A stretch of 64,000 nt of DNA from Lentisphaeria bacterium (GTDB taxonomy: Bacteria; Verrucomicrobiota; Lentisphaeria; JABSQK01; JAWLHB01), in NCBI GenBank assembly GCA_041690595.1, contig JAWLHB010000032.1, forward strand, positions 1 through 64,000. Direction: 5' to 3'. The notes under the pieces were generated by a model. That model did not search any database. It worked only from the letters and a program-made list of their open reading frames with translations, and was not told the origin of the DNA. The position numbers and the translations under genes are program-made. Positions 48,575-58,935 of this stretch are shown piece after piece (positions within the stretch are counted from its first letter, which is position 1; each line of letters begins with the position of its first letter).

Positions 48575-50353
48575 ATGATTCAAGCCCTGCTCGCCATTGC
48601 CCTTTTCCTCTTCTCGGTGCTCGCCATGGGGCAGGAAGAAGCGGAAGAACGGCCCCGAGGTCTTGCTTATGAGGTGGAGGTGGAGGGAGTGGAACGCCAG
48701 CTCGAGCAACGGCTCCTGGCGGTGATGCTGAGCATGGAATTGAAGGAGCATCCTCCGGCGACAACGGGCTTGCTGCGCCGGCGGGCGCAACAGGATCTGG
48801 AGCGCCTGAACCAGGCGTTGCGCGCCTTTGGTTATTACGCTTCGGAGGTGGAACTGGAGATCGATGAGGGCGACGAGCCGATCGCGCTGCGATACCGGGT
48901 GAATCCTGGCGAGCCCTACCTCATCCAAGAGGTCATCGTGACTTACGAGGAGTCGCCGCTTCCGCCGGAGAAGACGCCGCCCTATAAGACGCTGGGCCTG
49001 CCCCAGGGCGAGCGCTTCGAGGCGCGCATGCTGGCTACCGCCGAAGAGAGGCTGCTCGACTGGCTTCGCGAGCAGGGCTGGCCGCGGCCAGCGATTACGG
49101 ATCGCACCGTGCGGGTGGAGCACAGTGACCACTCGGTCCACATCAGCTTTGTGGTGGCGCCAGGGCCGGTCGGGCATTTCGGGGGCATCGCGGTCAGCGG
49201 CCTGAACCGTCTGGAGGAGCGTTACATTCACCGGCAGTTACCTTGGAAAGAAGGTGACCGCTTCTCCTCAAAGAAGGTGGAGGAGTTGCGCGGCCGGCTG
49301 ACCGACAGCAACATCTTCTCCAGCCTGATCATCCAGACCGAGGTGGCCGAGGATAGCGGCGAAGTGACCACGAAACTGGAGCTTGAAGAGCGCGACCCGC
49401 GAACGGTGCGGGCAGGTGCCGGCTTTTCGAGTGACATCGGGCTCTACACGAAATTCGGCTGGGAGCACCGCAATTTTGCTGGGGAAGGCGAGAAGCTGTC
49501 GCTCTCGACGCAGATTGCGCAGTACCACACATCGGCCGAAGCGGAGTTTCGAAAACCGATGTGGCGGAGCCGTAAGCAGGACCTTCTGCTTAGCCTGCAG
49601 GGGGCGCAAACGGATGTGGATCCTTATCGAAGCGACAGCCTGCGGGCGGCGGCCATTGTGGAACGTCGGCTTTCCAAACAGTGGACGACGCACTTCGGAC
49701 TTGCCATGCGTTACGCGGAGATCGTCGAAGAGAGCGGCGAGGAGGAGGAATATGCGCTCTGGTCGATCCCCCTCCAACTGGGGTATGACGGGAGCGACAA
49801 TCTGCTCAATCCAAGCCGCGGCATGCGGGCGCAACTGATGATCGATCCAACGGTCGACACGTTGCAGACAGGCGTTTTCTTTCAGCGGCATCGGCTGGAT
49901 TGGCGTGGCTATCTGCCGGTGGTGGGGCAGAGACGGCTGATCCTGGCGACGCGGATAAGCCTGGGGAGTATCCTCTGGGCGGATCGCGAGCAGCTTCCCG
50001 CTGACGAGCGCTTCTATGCCGGCGGCGGCGGCAGTGTGCGCGGCTATGACTACAAGTCTCTGGCACCGCACGATGCGGAGGGCAACAATCTGGGAGGCAT
50101 GTCCCTGATTGAGAGTTCATTCGAGGTGCGCTGGCGGATGACTGAGCGTTTCGGCTTGGTGGGCTTTATCGACGGGGGAAATGCCTTTGCGGAGAAGTAT
50201 CCGGATTTCGGTCGCGAGCTGCAGTGGGGCGGCGGTCTGGGATTGCGCTATCATACGGGGATCGGCCCCATTCGCCTGGATGTGGGCTATCCGTTGAACC
50301 CGGAAGACGGCGCCAGCTTCCATGTCTATATCAGCATCGGGCAATCCTTCTGA
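48575..50353 (+). CDS. tamA: TamA-like Omp85 outer-membrane protein
   Basis: Signal peptide, POTRA repeats (LRAFGYY), RFYAGGGGSVRGY, GLRYHTGIGPIRLD, terminal ISIGQSF. Confidence 0.9.
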   Translation: MIQALLAIALFLFSVLAMGQEEAEERPRGLAYEVEVEGVERQLEQRLLAVMLSMELKEHPPATTGLLRRRAQQDLERLNQALRAFGYYASEVELEIDEGDEPIALRYRVNPGEPYLIQEVIVTYEESPLPPEKTPPYKTLGLPQGERFEARMLATAEERLLDWLREQGWPRPAITDRTVRVEHSDHSVHISFVVAPGPVGHFGGIAVSGLNRLEERYIHRQLPWKEGDRFSSKKVEELRGRLTDSNIFSSLIIQTEVAEDSGEVTTKLELEERDPRTVRAGAGFSSDIGLYTKFGWEHRNFAGEGEKLSLSTQIAQYHTSAEAEFRKPMWRSRKQDLLLSLQGAQTDVDPYRSDSLRAAAIVERRLSKQWTTHFGLAMRYAEIVEESGEEEEYALWSIPLQLGYDGSDNLLNPSRGMRAQLMIDPTVDTLQTGVFFQRHRLDWRGYLPVVGQRRLILATRISLGSILWADREQLPADERFYAGGGGSVRGYDYKSLAPHDAEGNNLGGMSLIESSFEVRWRMTERFGLVGFIDGGNAFAEKYPDFGRELQWGGGLGLRYHTGIGPIRLDVGYPLNPEDGASFHVYISIGQSF

Positions 50354-53300
50354 TGTCGAACAAGAAGCCACAATCACGTTCACGAGCGCGCCGGATCCTG
50401 CGCCGGATCCTGCTGGCGGCAACCGGGTTGCTCGTCCTGCTGGTGCTGGGGGTGGCGGCGGCTTGGGGGATCATGCAGACACCGTGGGCGAAGGGACGGC
50501 TGGCAGCTTACCTGGAGGAACGTATCGGGCGCGAGCTGGAGCAGGAGGTCGAGTTGACGGGCTTGAGCGGCATGCTTCCCTGGCAGATCCGTCTGGCGCG
50601 GCTGCGGCTGGGCGCGGAGAACGCACCTTGGCTGACGGTGCGCGATCTGGCGATCGCTCCACGGCTGCGGCCACTGCTCAGCGGCCGCCTGCATCTGGAT
50701 TCCCTTAGCGTGGCCGAGGCCGATTTTGACCATCTGCCAGAGCTGCCGGAGCGTGAAGAAGCGGAATCCTCGGGCTTCGAGTTGCCAAACCTGCGCATCG
50801 ACAGCATCCAGATCGAGCGGCTTCGGCTGGGAGCCGCGGTGGCGGGTGCGGAGCTGGTAGTGCGCGCCCAGGGGCAACTCGATCCGGAGGCAGAAGAAGA
50901 GTTCGCCGGGCTCCTTACCATCGAGGCTCCCGGGAGCGATGCCGGAGGCAGCCTACGAATCGGGCTGAGCGAGAGCCGTCTCAAGCCGATTTTCGACCTG
51001 CGGGTGGAGTGGGACGAGGCGGAGCCGATCTTCAGCGGCCTGGCCGGTATGCCTGAGTTGGCGCCGCTTGGGGTGCGGGCGACGGTGAACGGTCCGCTGG
51101 ATGCGATGGCCATCGAGGCGACCGTGAAGATTGCCGATCAGAACGCCGTCAGCTTTACGGGAATGGCGACCTGGCAGGATGCCACGTTGGCTTTGACGCT
51201 TGCCGGCGAGGTGCAGCCGGAGCCTTGGTCGCTGCCGGAAGCGGTGCGCAGCCGCTGGCAGGCGCCGCTGCGGGCTGACGTGAAGCTTCGTCTGAAGGCG
51301 GAAGGCCCTTGGGAGCTGGAGCAGGGGCTTTTTCAGCTGCCGGGAGCGCGCCTGGAGCTGAAGGGCGACTGGGATCCGGCGCGGAAGGAAGGCGCCATGC
51401 AGGCGGCAGTGCGGCTGGATGAACTGCAGGCGTGGCGGATTCCGGGGGCAGAGCAGCTGCGTGGCACTCTCGATGCCGAGGTGACCCTGTCGGGCGCCGA
51501 TAGTCTTCTGGAGATGGAGCTTGCGGCACGAAGTAAAGAGCTTGCCCTTGGCGAGGAGTGGGTGCTGAAAGAGCCGTCCGCGAAGGTGACGGTCAGGGAG
51601 TTGCGCGTTCCGCTGCCGGAATGGCCGAAGGTGCCCGGCGCCACGTTTGAGGTGCGAGCCAATGCCGCGGCCATGGAGTTGCCGGGCGCGAGGACGGTGC
51701 GCGGCCTGTCGCTGGCGCTGGATGGATCCGGGGAGGAGGATCGGCTGACCGTCAGCCGCATCGCGATCCTGACGGATGCGGCCATGCTTGCGGGTGAGGG
51801 CTCCGTGGCGCCGCAAGCCGGTGAGCTTTCACTGGATCTGGTGGGAGAAGTAAAAGATCTGGAGAGCGTTTCGGCGCTGATCGGAAAGGAACTTGGCGGA
51901 AGGTTCACCTTCGATGTCGAGGCTGACTTGACTCTGGACGGGTATGCCGGCGACTTCGTGCTGGCGGCCCTTTGGGAAGAACCACACGTCGTTGGCTGGT
52001 CCGCCCAGAGTCTGCTTTCGACGCAGCTGGAGTTGGGGGTGAAGGGAAGTCGTGGCGCCGACGGAGGGCTGGTAATCGACCGCTTGCTGGTGATCGCCGG
52101 TGAGAAACGGCTGGAAGTGGCCGGCACGGCGCGTCCAGCCGAAGAGGAAGCGGATCTTTCCTTCACCGTGAGCTGGCCGCGGCTGGCGGAGTTGCAGTCG
52201 CTCCTTCCCATCGAGATTGGCGGGAGCTGGGATGGCACTGGCACCGTGCACATCAGCCCGGAAGCAGTGGATGCGGAGGTGAGCTGGGAGGCGAAGGAGA
52301 TCACCGTGGAGAGCTACGCCGCCAGTCATCTGACCGGCAACTGGCGGGTGCAGGCGCCGGAGCCCTTCAGCGGCAAGCATCCGCGACTGGCGCTGGTCGC
52401 GGAGGGAGAGCTCGCCGGCCTGGCCCTTGGTCATGAGCTGCCTGCGGATGCATTCGGTTATGATGTGCAGGCAGAGTGGCCCTCGCCGGACGAGGTGCGG
52501 ATATCCCGCCTGAAACTGGACGCCGAAGGCCTTCAGGCTGGGGTGACCGGCAATCTGGCGCCGGAAGCTGGGGAGATGGATCTGGCAGTGAGCGTGGCGC
52601 TTGCGGAGTTGGGTCAGTTGCAGCCCTTGCTGCCCATGGAGGTGGCGGGAAGTCTGGACCTGGAAGGAAAGGTAACCGGGAGCTTCACGGCGCCCCGCTT
52701 GGCGGTTACGTCCAACGCGCGGGAGCTGAAAATCGGCACCTTCATTACATCGGCGGCCACGGTCACCATCTCGGCGGAACCCGATGGCGAGGCTTGGCAG
52801 GGGAAACTGGACCTGGCACTGGACGCGGCGGGCGAAAACCTTCGCCTGCAGAGCGACTGGTCGGCGAGCGAAGCGAGCCTTGCGCTTGCCGATCTGCGCT
52901 TGTCCGGCCCAGAGACAGCTATCGCCGGCGATCTGCGGCTGACGCTGGAGACGATGGCGCTGGAAGGCGACCTGAGCGGCACCATCGCGAGTTTCGGCCC
53001 TGCGGCGCGACTCCTGCGCCAGCCGATCAGCGGTTCAGCGGAGGTGACGATGGCGTTCCGCCATAAGCAAGCACAGCAGGCGGCGGTCGTGGAACTGCGG
53101 CTGCGGGATCTCGCCAGCCCCTGGCTCGACGCGGCCACGCTGCATGTGCAGGCAGACATCCAGAATCTGCGCGAAGAGCCTGGGGGAACGGTTCAGGTGA
53201 AAGGGGGCGATCTGGAAGGATACGGTGTCAACCTGTCGGAGCTGGAGGCATCGGTGAGCGGAGGGCTGGCGGCCTTCGACTATTCGCTGGCCACGAGCGG

Positions 53301-55179
53301 TGATTGGGAGCGGCGGTCGTTTACCGTGGCGAGCACGGGAAGCGCGGCCTTGCCGCTGGAGTTGGCACTGCGAAGTCTCAGCGGCATGATCGATTCCACC
53401 CCTTTCACGCTGCTTGTCCCTGCCACGATCTCGATGGAAGGGGAGAGCTATCGGCTCACCCAGACGGAGATGAAGATCGGGCCAGGCCGCCTGAGTGGAG
53501 GCGGCACCTTCGCGCCGGAGGGGATGGAGCTGGCGGTCACGCTGGATGCGCTCCCGTTTGGCGACCTGCTGCCGAAGCGGTTCAACCTTGTTTCCGGCAC
53601 CCTGAGCGGCGAGGCCAATGCCACCGGGTCGCCGGACGCGCCGACGCTAAGCCTGATCCTGAAGGTCGCAGAGTTGCGGATGGTCAGTAGCGCGGAGCAG
53701 GCCGTCTTCACCGGGAACGGCAACCTGCAGCTGGCTTTTGCGGACGGAGGCTTGACGGCGGAATTGCGGATGGACGGAGAGGGCGGCGAGAGCTTGCGCG
53801 GACAGGCCACGATGCCGCTGGAGCTTCGTCTTCTCCCCTTCGCATGGTCCCTGCCGTCCCAAGGTGAAATAGACGGTACGCTGGCAATGGATATCGCGCT
53901 GGAGCCAAGCCTCATGCCGCTCTTGCCGGAGGGGCATGCCGTGGCCGGCTCCTTCATCGGACGCCTGACCATACAGGGTCATTTTCCGAATCCCACGCTG
54001 GAAGGTTCGTTGCGCATCCGGGATGGACGCTACGAGAACTATTTCACGGGAACGGCTTTGCAGGATCTTTCGCTTGTCCTGGAAGGGCGAAACCGGGAAC
54101 TTGTGGTACAGGAGCTCCAGGCCAATGACGGGATCGACGGCACGATCAGCGGCAGTGGGAGCTGGCGGGCGGATTCTGCCAAAGGCGCACCCCTGAACTT
54201 CGATCTCGAGGTGAAGGATTTTGCGGTTCTGCGGCAGCCGGAGATGTACGTGAATGCCAATGGCAAGCTGCAACTCTCTGGGGGAATGGAGAGCCTGGAA
54301 TTGAAGGGGGCCATGGAAGTGGGGCCGGCGGAGGTGCGGCTGGTCGATCGCCGCAGGCAGATTCCCGAGATCGAGATCACGGAAACTCGCCATGGGGTGC
54401 CGATCGCTCCGCCCGAGACACCTGCCTCGACAACGGAACGAAAGCCATCGCCGCTTCCAGAACTGCATCTGGACATCACCGCCCGCAGTCCGGCCCGAGT
54501 CTTTGTGCGCGGGCGTGGCCTGAACAGTGAATGGGAAGGAGAGGTGCAGGTGGCTGGAACAGCCATCGAACCGCGCCTCAGCGGAGAGCTGCGGATCGTG
54601 CGCGGAACTTATAGTTTGGCCGGTCGTCGCCTCAACCTGGTGGAAGGAACCTTGCGCTTCACGGGCGCCAATCCGATCGCGCCAGTCATTCACCTCGTGG
54701 CGGAGGCGCGCGTGGCAGAGGTGACGATACGGCTTGTCTTCAGCGGCTCCGCCATATCACCGACCCTTGACGTACAGTCGGATCCTGCCATGCCGGAAGA
54801 TGAAGCGCTTTCGCATCTGCTCTTCCGCCGCGGAACCGGCCAGATCACCCCGTACCAAGCCCTTACGCTGGCGAGGCTGGCCGACAATCTGCGCACCGGC
54901 GGTAACGGCTTCGACATCGCGGACAAGCTCCGCCAACTGACCGGCTTCGACCAGATCGAGCTGACTCCTGGCGAGGAAGAGGGCGCGGAGGGCCCCGGCC
55001 ACCTGCAGGTAGGCAAGTACATTGGTGACCGGGTCTATCTGGAATATGGTAAGGGGCTTGGCGAGGCCGAAGATCGAGTAAGCATCGAGGTGGAACTGAC
55101 GCCGAACATCAGCGTGGAAAGCAGTGCCGGCGGAGGGGGAACAACCGGCGCAGGGCTCAACTGGAAGTACGACTACTGA
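50353..55179 (+). CDS. tamB: TamB-like translocation/assembly module protein (C-terminal DUF490)
   Basis: N-terminal TM, long beta-rich body, VFVRGRGLNSEW.G, SDPAMPEDEALSHLLF, VGKYIGDRVYLEY, WKYDY; TGATG coupling with tamA. Confidence 0.9.
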   Translation: MSNKKPQSRSRARRILRRILLAATGLLVLLVLGVAAAWGIMQTPWAKGRLAAYLEERIGRELEQEVELTGLSGMLPWQIRLARLRLGAENAPWLTVRDLAIAPRLRPLLSGRLHLDSLSVAEADFDHLPELPEREEAESSGFELPNLRIDSIQIERLRLGAAVAGAELVVRAQGQLDPEAEEEFAGLLTIEAPGSDAGGSLRIGLSESRLKPIFDLRVEWDEAEPIFSGLAGMPELAPLGVRATVNGPLDAMAIEATVKIADQNAVSFTGMATWQDATLALTLAGEVQPEPWSLPEAVRSRWQAPLRADVKLRLKAEGPWELEQGLFQLPGARLELKGDWDPARKEGAMQAAVRLDELQAWRIPGAEQLRGTLDAEVTLSGADSLLEMELAARSKELALGEEWVLKEPSAKVTVRELRVPLPEWPKVPGATFEVRANAAAMELPGARTVRGLSLALDGSGEEDRLTVSRIAILTDAAMLAGEGSVAPQAGELSLDLVGEVKDLESVSALIGKELGGRFTFDVEADLTLDGYAGDFVLAALWEEPHVVGWSAQSLLSTQLELGVKGSRGADGGLVIDRLLVIAGEKRLEVAGTARPAEEEADLSFTVSWPRLAELQSLLPIEIGGSWDGTGTVHISPEAVDAEVSWEAKEITVESYAASHLTGNWRVQAPEPFSGKHPRLALVAEGELAGLALGHELPADAFGYDVQAEWPSPDEVRISRLKLDAEGLQAGVTGNLAPEAGEMDLAVSVALAELGQLQPLLPMEVAGSLDLEGKVTGSFTAPRLAVTSNARELKIGTFITSAATVTISAEPDGEAWQGKLDLALDAAGENLRLQSDWSASEASLALADLRLSGPETAIAGDLRLTLETMALEGDLSGTIASFGPAARLLRQPISGSAEVTMAFRHKQAQQAAVVELRLRDLASPWLDAATLHVQADIQNLREEPGGTVQVKGGDLEGYGVNLSELEASVSGGLAAFDYSLATSGDWERRSFTVASTGSAALPLELALRSLSGMIDSTPFTLLVPATISMEGESYRLTQTEMKIGPGRLSGGGTFAPEGMELAVTLDALPFGDLLPKRFNLVSGTLSGEANATGSPDAPTLSLILKVAELRMVSSAEQAVFTGNGNLQLAFADGGLTAELRMDGEGGESLRGQATMPLELRLLPFAWSLPSQGEIDGTLAMDIALEPSLMPLLPEGHAVAGSFIGRLTIQGHFPNPTLEGSLRIRDGRYENYFTGTALQDLSLVLEGRNRELVVQELQANDGIDGTISGSGSWRADSAKGAPLNFDLEVKDFAVLRQPEMYVNANGKLQLSGGMESLELKGAMEVGPAEVRLVDRRRQIPEIEITETRHGVPIAPPETPASTTERKPSPLPELHLDITARSPARVFVRGRGLNSEWEGEVQVAGTAIEPRLSGELRIVRGTYSLAGRRLNLVEGTLRFTGANPIAPVIHLVAEARVAEVTIRLVFSGSAISPTLDVQSDPAMPEDEALSHLLFRRGTGQITPYQALTLARLADNLRTGGNGFDIADKLRQLTGFDQIELTPGEEEGAEGPGHLQVGKYIGDRVYLEYGKGLGEAEDRVSIEVELTPNISVESSAGGGGTTGAGLNWKYDY

Positions 55180-55301
55180 GGCCGGAGAGGTGGACGATGC
55201 AGCCACTGAATCTTGGAATTCGAAAATTTTGATGAAATTTTGGACGTGAGGGTTTGCATTCAATTCATCCTCAACTACAGTATTCCTCGCTTCGACAAGG
55301 A

Positions 55302-55377
55302 GCGGGTGTAGCTCAGTTGGTAGAGCGTCACGTTGCCAACGTGGCTGTCGTCGGTTCGAGTCCGATCACCCGCTCCA
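55302..55377 (+). tRNA. tRNA-Gly (GCC)
   Basis: GCGGGTG acceptor stem pairing with CACCCGC, D arm AGCTCAGTTGGTAGAGC, anticodon loop TTGCCAA, T loop GGTTCGAGTCC, encoded CCA; 76 nt. Confidence 0.97.
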
Positions 55378-55410
55378 TTTTTATTTTAAAGTCTGAAGCT
55401 GGACATCCAC

Positions 55411-55449
55411 TTGACAAGCGCTTGGTGGCTGGCTACTTATACGTATAAG
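55411..55449 (+). promoter_or_regulatory. Promoter (-35 TTGACA) overlapped by a perfect palindrome CTTATACGTATAAG, candidate LacI-family operator
   Basis: TTGACA 55411-55416; 14-bp palindrome with central CG at 55436-55449; a LacI gene lies in the downstream operon. Confidence 0.6.
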
Positions 55450-55483
55450 CTTCGATGATGAATCGCATTACGTGGAGTAGCTG

Positions 55484-58400
55484 ATGAATCGACGGATCGC
55501 TGTGCTTAGCCACTGGCTTTGTGCCAGCCTTGTCCTGATGTTGGTGGGGTGCCAAACGTCGGGTGAGACCTTCACGCCGGAGTTTTCCGAATCGGTGGCG
55601 GCGATGCCGCTGCCGGTAGCCGGGGAGCATCCGCGCGTGCTTTTCAGTCCCGGCGAGTTACCCGAAATCCGGCAGCGGGCTGGGACTATCGGGGGACAGC
55701 GAGCATTGCAGGATGTGACCTGGCAGGCGGATCACCCAGGAAAGAGCGTTCTGGCAAATGCCCGTGCGGGTAAGCCGGAGACAGCCCAGAATCTGGTCAT
55801 ACAAGCGTGGAATCAGGCGCTGCTCCACCTCGTCACGGAGGAGCCGGCGCGACTGGAGAATGCCCTCATCCTGCTTGACTGCTGGGCTGCCCAGCATGCC
55901 GAAAAGAAGAGCTTTGGCGATGCCTGGCGCAACGGCTACCACTTTGCCTTGGCGTATGACTGGCTCTACGATGAGCTGGCCCCGGCGACCCGCGACGCCA
56001 TGCGGGAGACCATGGCGTCGGGGATGAACGAACAGACGCTGCACGACTGGGAGCACCTCGGCTACATCCGCGGAGCGCATGTCGCGGGCCGACCCTGTGA
56101 CTGGGGGGCCATCGCCGGAGGGTCGATGCTGATGCAGTGGATGGCCATCGCGGGTGACGATCCGCGCGCCTCGCGGGAGTTTTTCGAGGCCATTGTCTAC
56201 CAGTTGCACTATATCGCCGACCTGGGGATCACGGCCGAGGGCTACATGAACGCAGGCAACGGCTACGCGGGCGGCGACTTCATCAACTACGGTTACGCGG
56301 TGCGGGCTCTGGAGGTGCATGGCGTACCGCTGGTGGACCACCCTCATCTGCAGGCAATGGCGGAATGGCTGGCTTACGAAAGCATTCCGGGTCAATATGT
56401 CTTCGACACGCGCAGCTTCTCCAATGGTTATCATCAGGGCCTGACGCCATTGATGGTGACGCTGGCGAAGCGGCATGGAGGCGCGGCGGCGTGGCTGGCG
56501 GACCAGGCGCGCGGTCCGGAACGCACGGGCTCGATCGGCGTTCCAGGGCTGCTCTGGGGAACGTTCAGCGAGGAGCCGGTACCGCCGCCCGGGTTACCGC
56601 TGCACCACTGGTCATCGTCAATGGGCGTCTCCTTCAGTCGCGGCGGTTGGAACGAAGGAAGCTACTTCTGCCTGACGATGGAGCCGCTGGTGCCCGGCAA
56701 GACGCACCCGGACAAAGGATCGTTCACCTTTTATTCCCATGGCCAGAATTTCGCGACGGACTCAGAAAATGGTTTCCCGCAGAGTGAAGATCACAATATC
56801 GTGCTCATCGACGGCAAGGGGCAATACAGCAGCGGCGGAAGGTCCGTCCTCGACGCGATACCGCGCGGCGCGCTCAGTTCGGGGATCGGCGACTTGAGCC
56901 ATCTGGATGTGACGGCGGCCTACGAACGGCATCTTGCCTATACGCACACGCGTCCCGGCCCAGTGGATTGGGAAAGGCTGGAATACGGTCGGGGGCTGCC
57001 ATATCGCTGGGAGTTCTATCGTCCGATGCGTCATGCGGAACGGATCGGTCTCTACATTCGCGGTTCGGTTCAGCCGTACACGGTGATTCTGGACGACATT
57101 CAGCAGGACGATGAAGAGCGCGAGTATACGTGGTTGATGCACAGCCGGGTGCAGGGGGAGCTGTCCGGCGCGGGCGAGGTGTATTATCCCAGCCACTACG
57201 GCGGCAGCTATGTGCAGGCGGAGCAGAATGCACGAGTGAGCTTCACTGCCGAGGCGACGGAAGCGGGTACCTATACCGTCTTCGTGCTGGGGCGAAAGTG
57301 GCCGCAACGGAAGAACTGGTTCTCGCATCACATCGGACTCTTTGTAAACGGGAAGAGCACGTACATCCGGGTGCACGATTACCTGCGCGACTGGCAGTGG
57401 TATTCCGCCGGTACACATGAGCTGCCGGCCGGCGCCAGCCAGGTGGCAGTGGCAGCCAACCGTGGTTTCCGGGTGGCGCAGGCCATAGCGGTTCCTGGCG
57501 CGGACGCGCCGCCTCCGCCGAGGATGCTGGAAGATCAACCCCAGGCCGAGTTGACCGAAGGAAGTATCGTCTTCAAGCGCCAGACTGAGCTGAAGCCGGA
57601 GGAATGGAGCGTGCATCAAGATCCGCATGCCCGCCTGCGGCTGCATTTCCTGCAGCCGGGTTCCGACAAGCTGGAGATGGATTTCTGGCAGAAGCCGCGA
57701 GCTGTACCGACGGCGTTGCGGGCGAAACAGAAGGCGGTTCGAGCCGGCTTTGCCGCGCTCCTCGTTCCGTATGACGACACGGATCCCGCCCCCCTGATCA
57801 CTCGTACCGGCGAAAAGAGCGCGACGCTGCAATGGGGTGACTACACCGACCATCTCGTCGCCGATCCCGCCCAGGCCGCCACGGAAGGAAGCGCCGAATC
57901 TCTCCAGACCGACGGCAAGTTCGCCATGGTGCGGACACGAGACGATGACGTCATCGGTTACATGCTGGTCGCGGGCAGATCGCTGATCTTCAGGGGTCAG
58001 ACGCTGGTGGAAAGCGACGGCGAGCCCCTGCACCTCCTGCACGATGGAGAAAGTTGCACGGTGCAGGCAGCTTCCGGCGCACGGGGTAGGTTCGCCCGCC
58101 TGGACGCCAGGACGCTGACCTGCAACCACCGCGAGACGAAGCTCGGCGAGGGTGAGTTGGCAGCTTTCGCGGCCCCAGTTCTGGCGGAGGAATGGCAGGT
58201 CGATTTGAGCCGGGATGGCCGCCTGGTCACGGTCTCGGGGGCCGGGCCGCTGCCGCTGAAGGTTCACGCTCCCCATGCAGTCAAGTGCGTGGTTAACGAC
58301 GTCAGCGTCTGGTTCAGCCGCGATGGTTTCGGCCACATCTATCCCAAGGTGGAGCTGACGGAGCTGACGCACGGCAAGGAGCCTTCGAATTCGATTCCCG

Positions 58401-58912
58401 CCGACGCACTGCCGCTGGAAGATGGCGAGACGGCCGTGATCGTGGCCGAAATTCCCCTGCCGCGCGACGACTGGCGCTTTCGCAAGGATCCAGACGATGT
58501 GGGGCGCAAGGAGAGCTGGTACGCGCCAGATCATGGAGAAGAGGAATGGGCGCCCATCGGCATTGGCGACTACTGGGACTCCTTCGGGATCAAGTACACC
58601 GGCTTTGCCTGGTACCGCCGCACCTTCACGCTGCCCGAACAACCGCCTCGCGGCACCAAGGTCGAGTTGGCCTTCGATGCTGTCGACGAGATGGCCTGGG
58701 TGTGGCTCAACGGTGAGCTGGCCGGCGAATATTTCGAATATGGTCCAGCCGGATGGACAGAGCCGTTCTTCTTCGACGTCTCCAAGCTGGTGCGGTGGGG
58801 CCAGCCGAATCAGATTACCGTCCGGGTTCAGAATACGGTCGCCGGCGGGGGCATCTACAAGCCCGTCAACCTGCGGGTTGTGGCGGCCCCGGACGCACCG
58901 GCGCTAAAGTAA
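55484..58912 (+). CDS. Lipoprotein with heparinase II/III-like lyase architecture and C-terminal GH2-type sugar-binding domain
   Basis: Lipobox LMLVG|C; EHPRVLF; ALAYDWLY; THPDKGSF..HNIVLIDGKGQ; C-terminal WRFRKDP..AWYRRTF..FDAVDE.AWVWLNG..NQITVRV..GGGIYKPV. Confidence 0.7.
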   Translation: MNRRIAVLSHWLCASLVLMLVGCQTSGETFTPEFSESVAAMPLPVAGEHPRVLFSPGELPEIRQRAGTIGGQRALQDVTWQADHPGKSVLANARAGKPETAQNLVIQAWNQALLHLVTEEPARLENALILLDCWAAQHAEKKSFGDAWRNGYHFALAYDWLYDELAPATRDAMRETMASGMNEQTLHDWEHLGYIRGAHVAGRPCDWGAIAGGSMLMQWMAIAGDDPRASREFFEAIVYQLHYIADLGITAEGYMNAGNGYAGGDFINYGYAVRALEVHGVPLVDHPHLQAMAEWLAYESIPGQYVFDTRSFSNGYHQGLTPLMVTLAKRHGGAAAWLADQARGPERTGSIGVPGLLWGTFSEEPVPPPGLPLHHWSSSMGVSFSRGGWNEGSYFCLTMEPLVPGKTHPDKGSFTFYSHGQNFATDSENGFPQSEDHNIVLIDGKGQYSSGGRSVLDAIPRGALSSGIGDLSHLDVTAAYERHLAYTHTRPGPVDWERLEYGRGLPYRWEFYRPMRHAERIGLYIRGSVQPYTVILDDIQQDDEEREYTWLMHSRVQGELSGAGEVYYPSHYGGSYVQAEQNARVSFTAEATEAGTYTVFVLGRKWPQRKNWFSHHIGLFVNGKSTYIRVHDYLRDWQWYSAGTHELPAGASQVAVAANRGFRVAQAIAVPGADAPPPPRMLEDQPQAELTEGSIVFKRQTELKPEEWSVHQDPHARLRLHFLQPGSDKLEMDFWQKPRAVPTALRAKQKAVRAGFAALLVPYDDTDPAPLITRTGEKSATLQWGDYTDHLVADPAQAATEGSAESLQTDGKFAMVRTRDDDVIGYMLVAGRSLIFRGQTLVESDGEPLHLLHDGESCTVQAASGARGRFARLDARTLTCNHRETKLGEGELAAFAAPVLAEEWQVDLSRDGRLVTVSGAGPLPLKVHAPHAVKCVVNDVSVWFSRDGFGHIYPKVELTELTHGKEPSNSIPADALPLEDGETAVIVAEIPLPRDDWRFRKDPDDVGRKESWYAPDHGEEEWAPIGIGDYWDSFGIKYTGFAWYRRTFTLPEQPPRGTKVELAFDAVDEMAWVWLNGELAGEYFEYGPAGWTEPFFFDVSKLVRWGQPNQITVRVQNTVAGGGIYKPVNLRVVAAPDAPALK

Positions 58913-58935
58913 CAAGGCGAAGATGAGGCGCTGAA

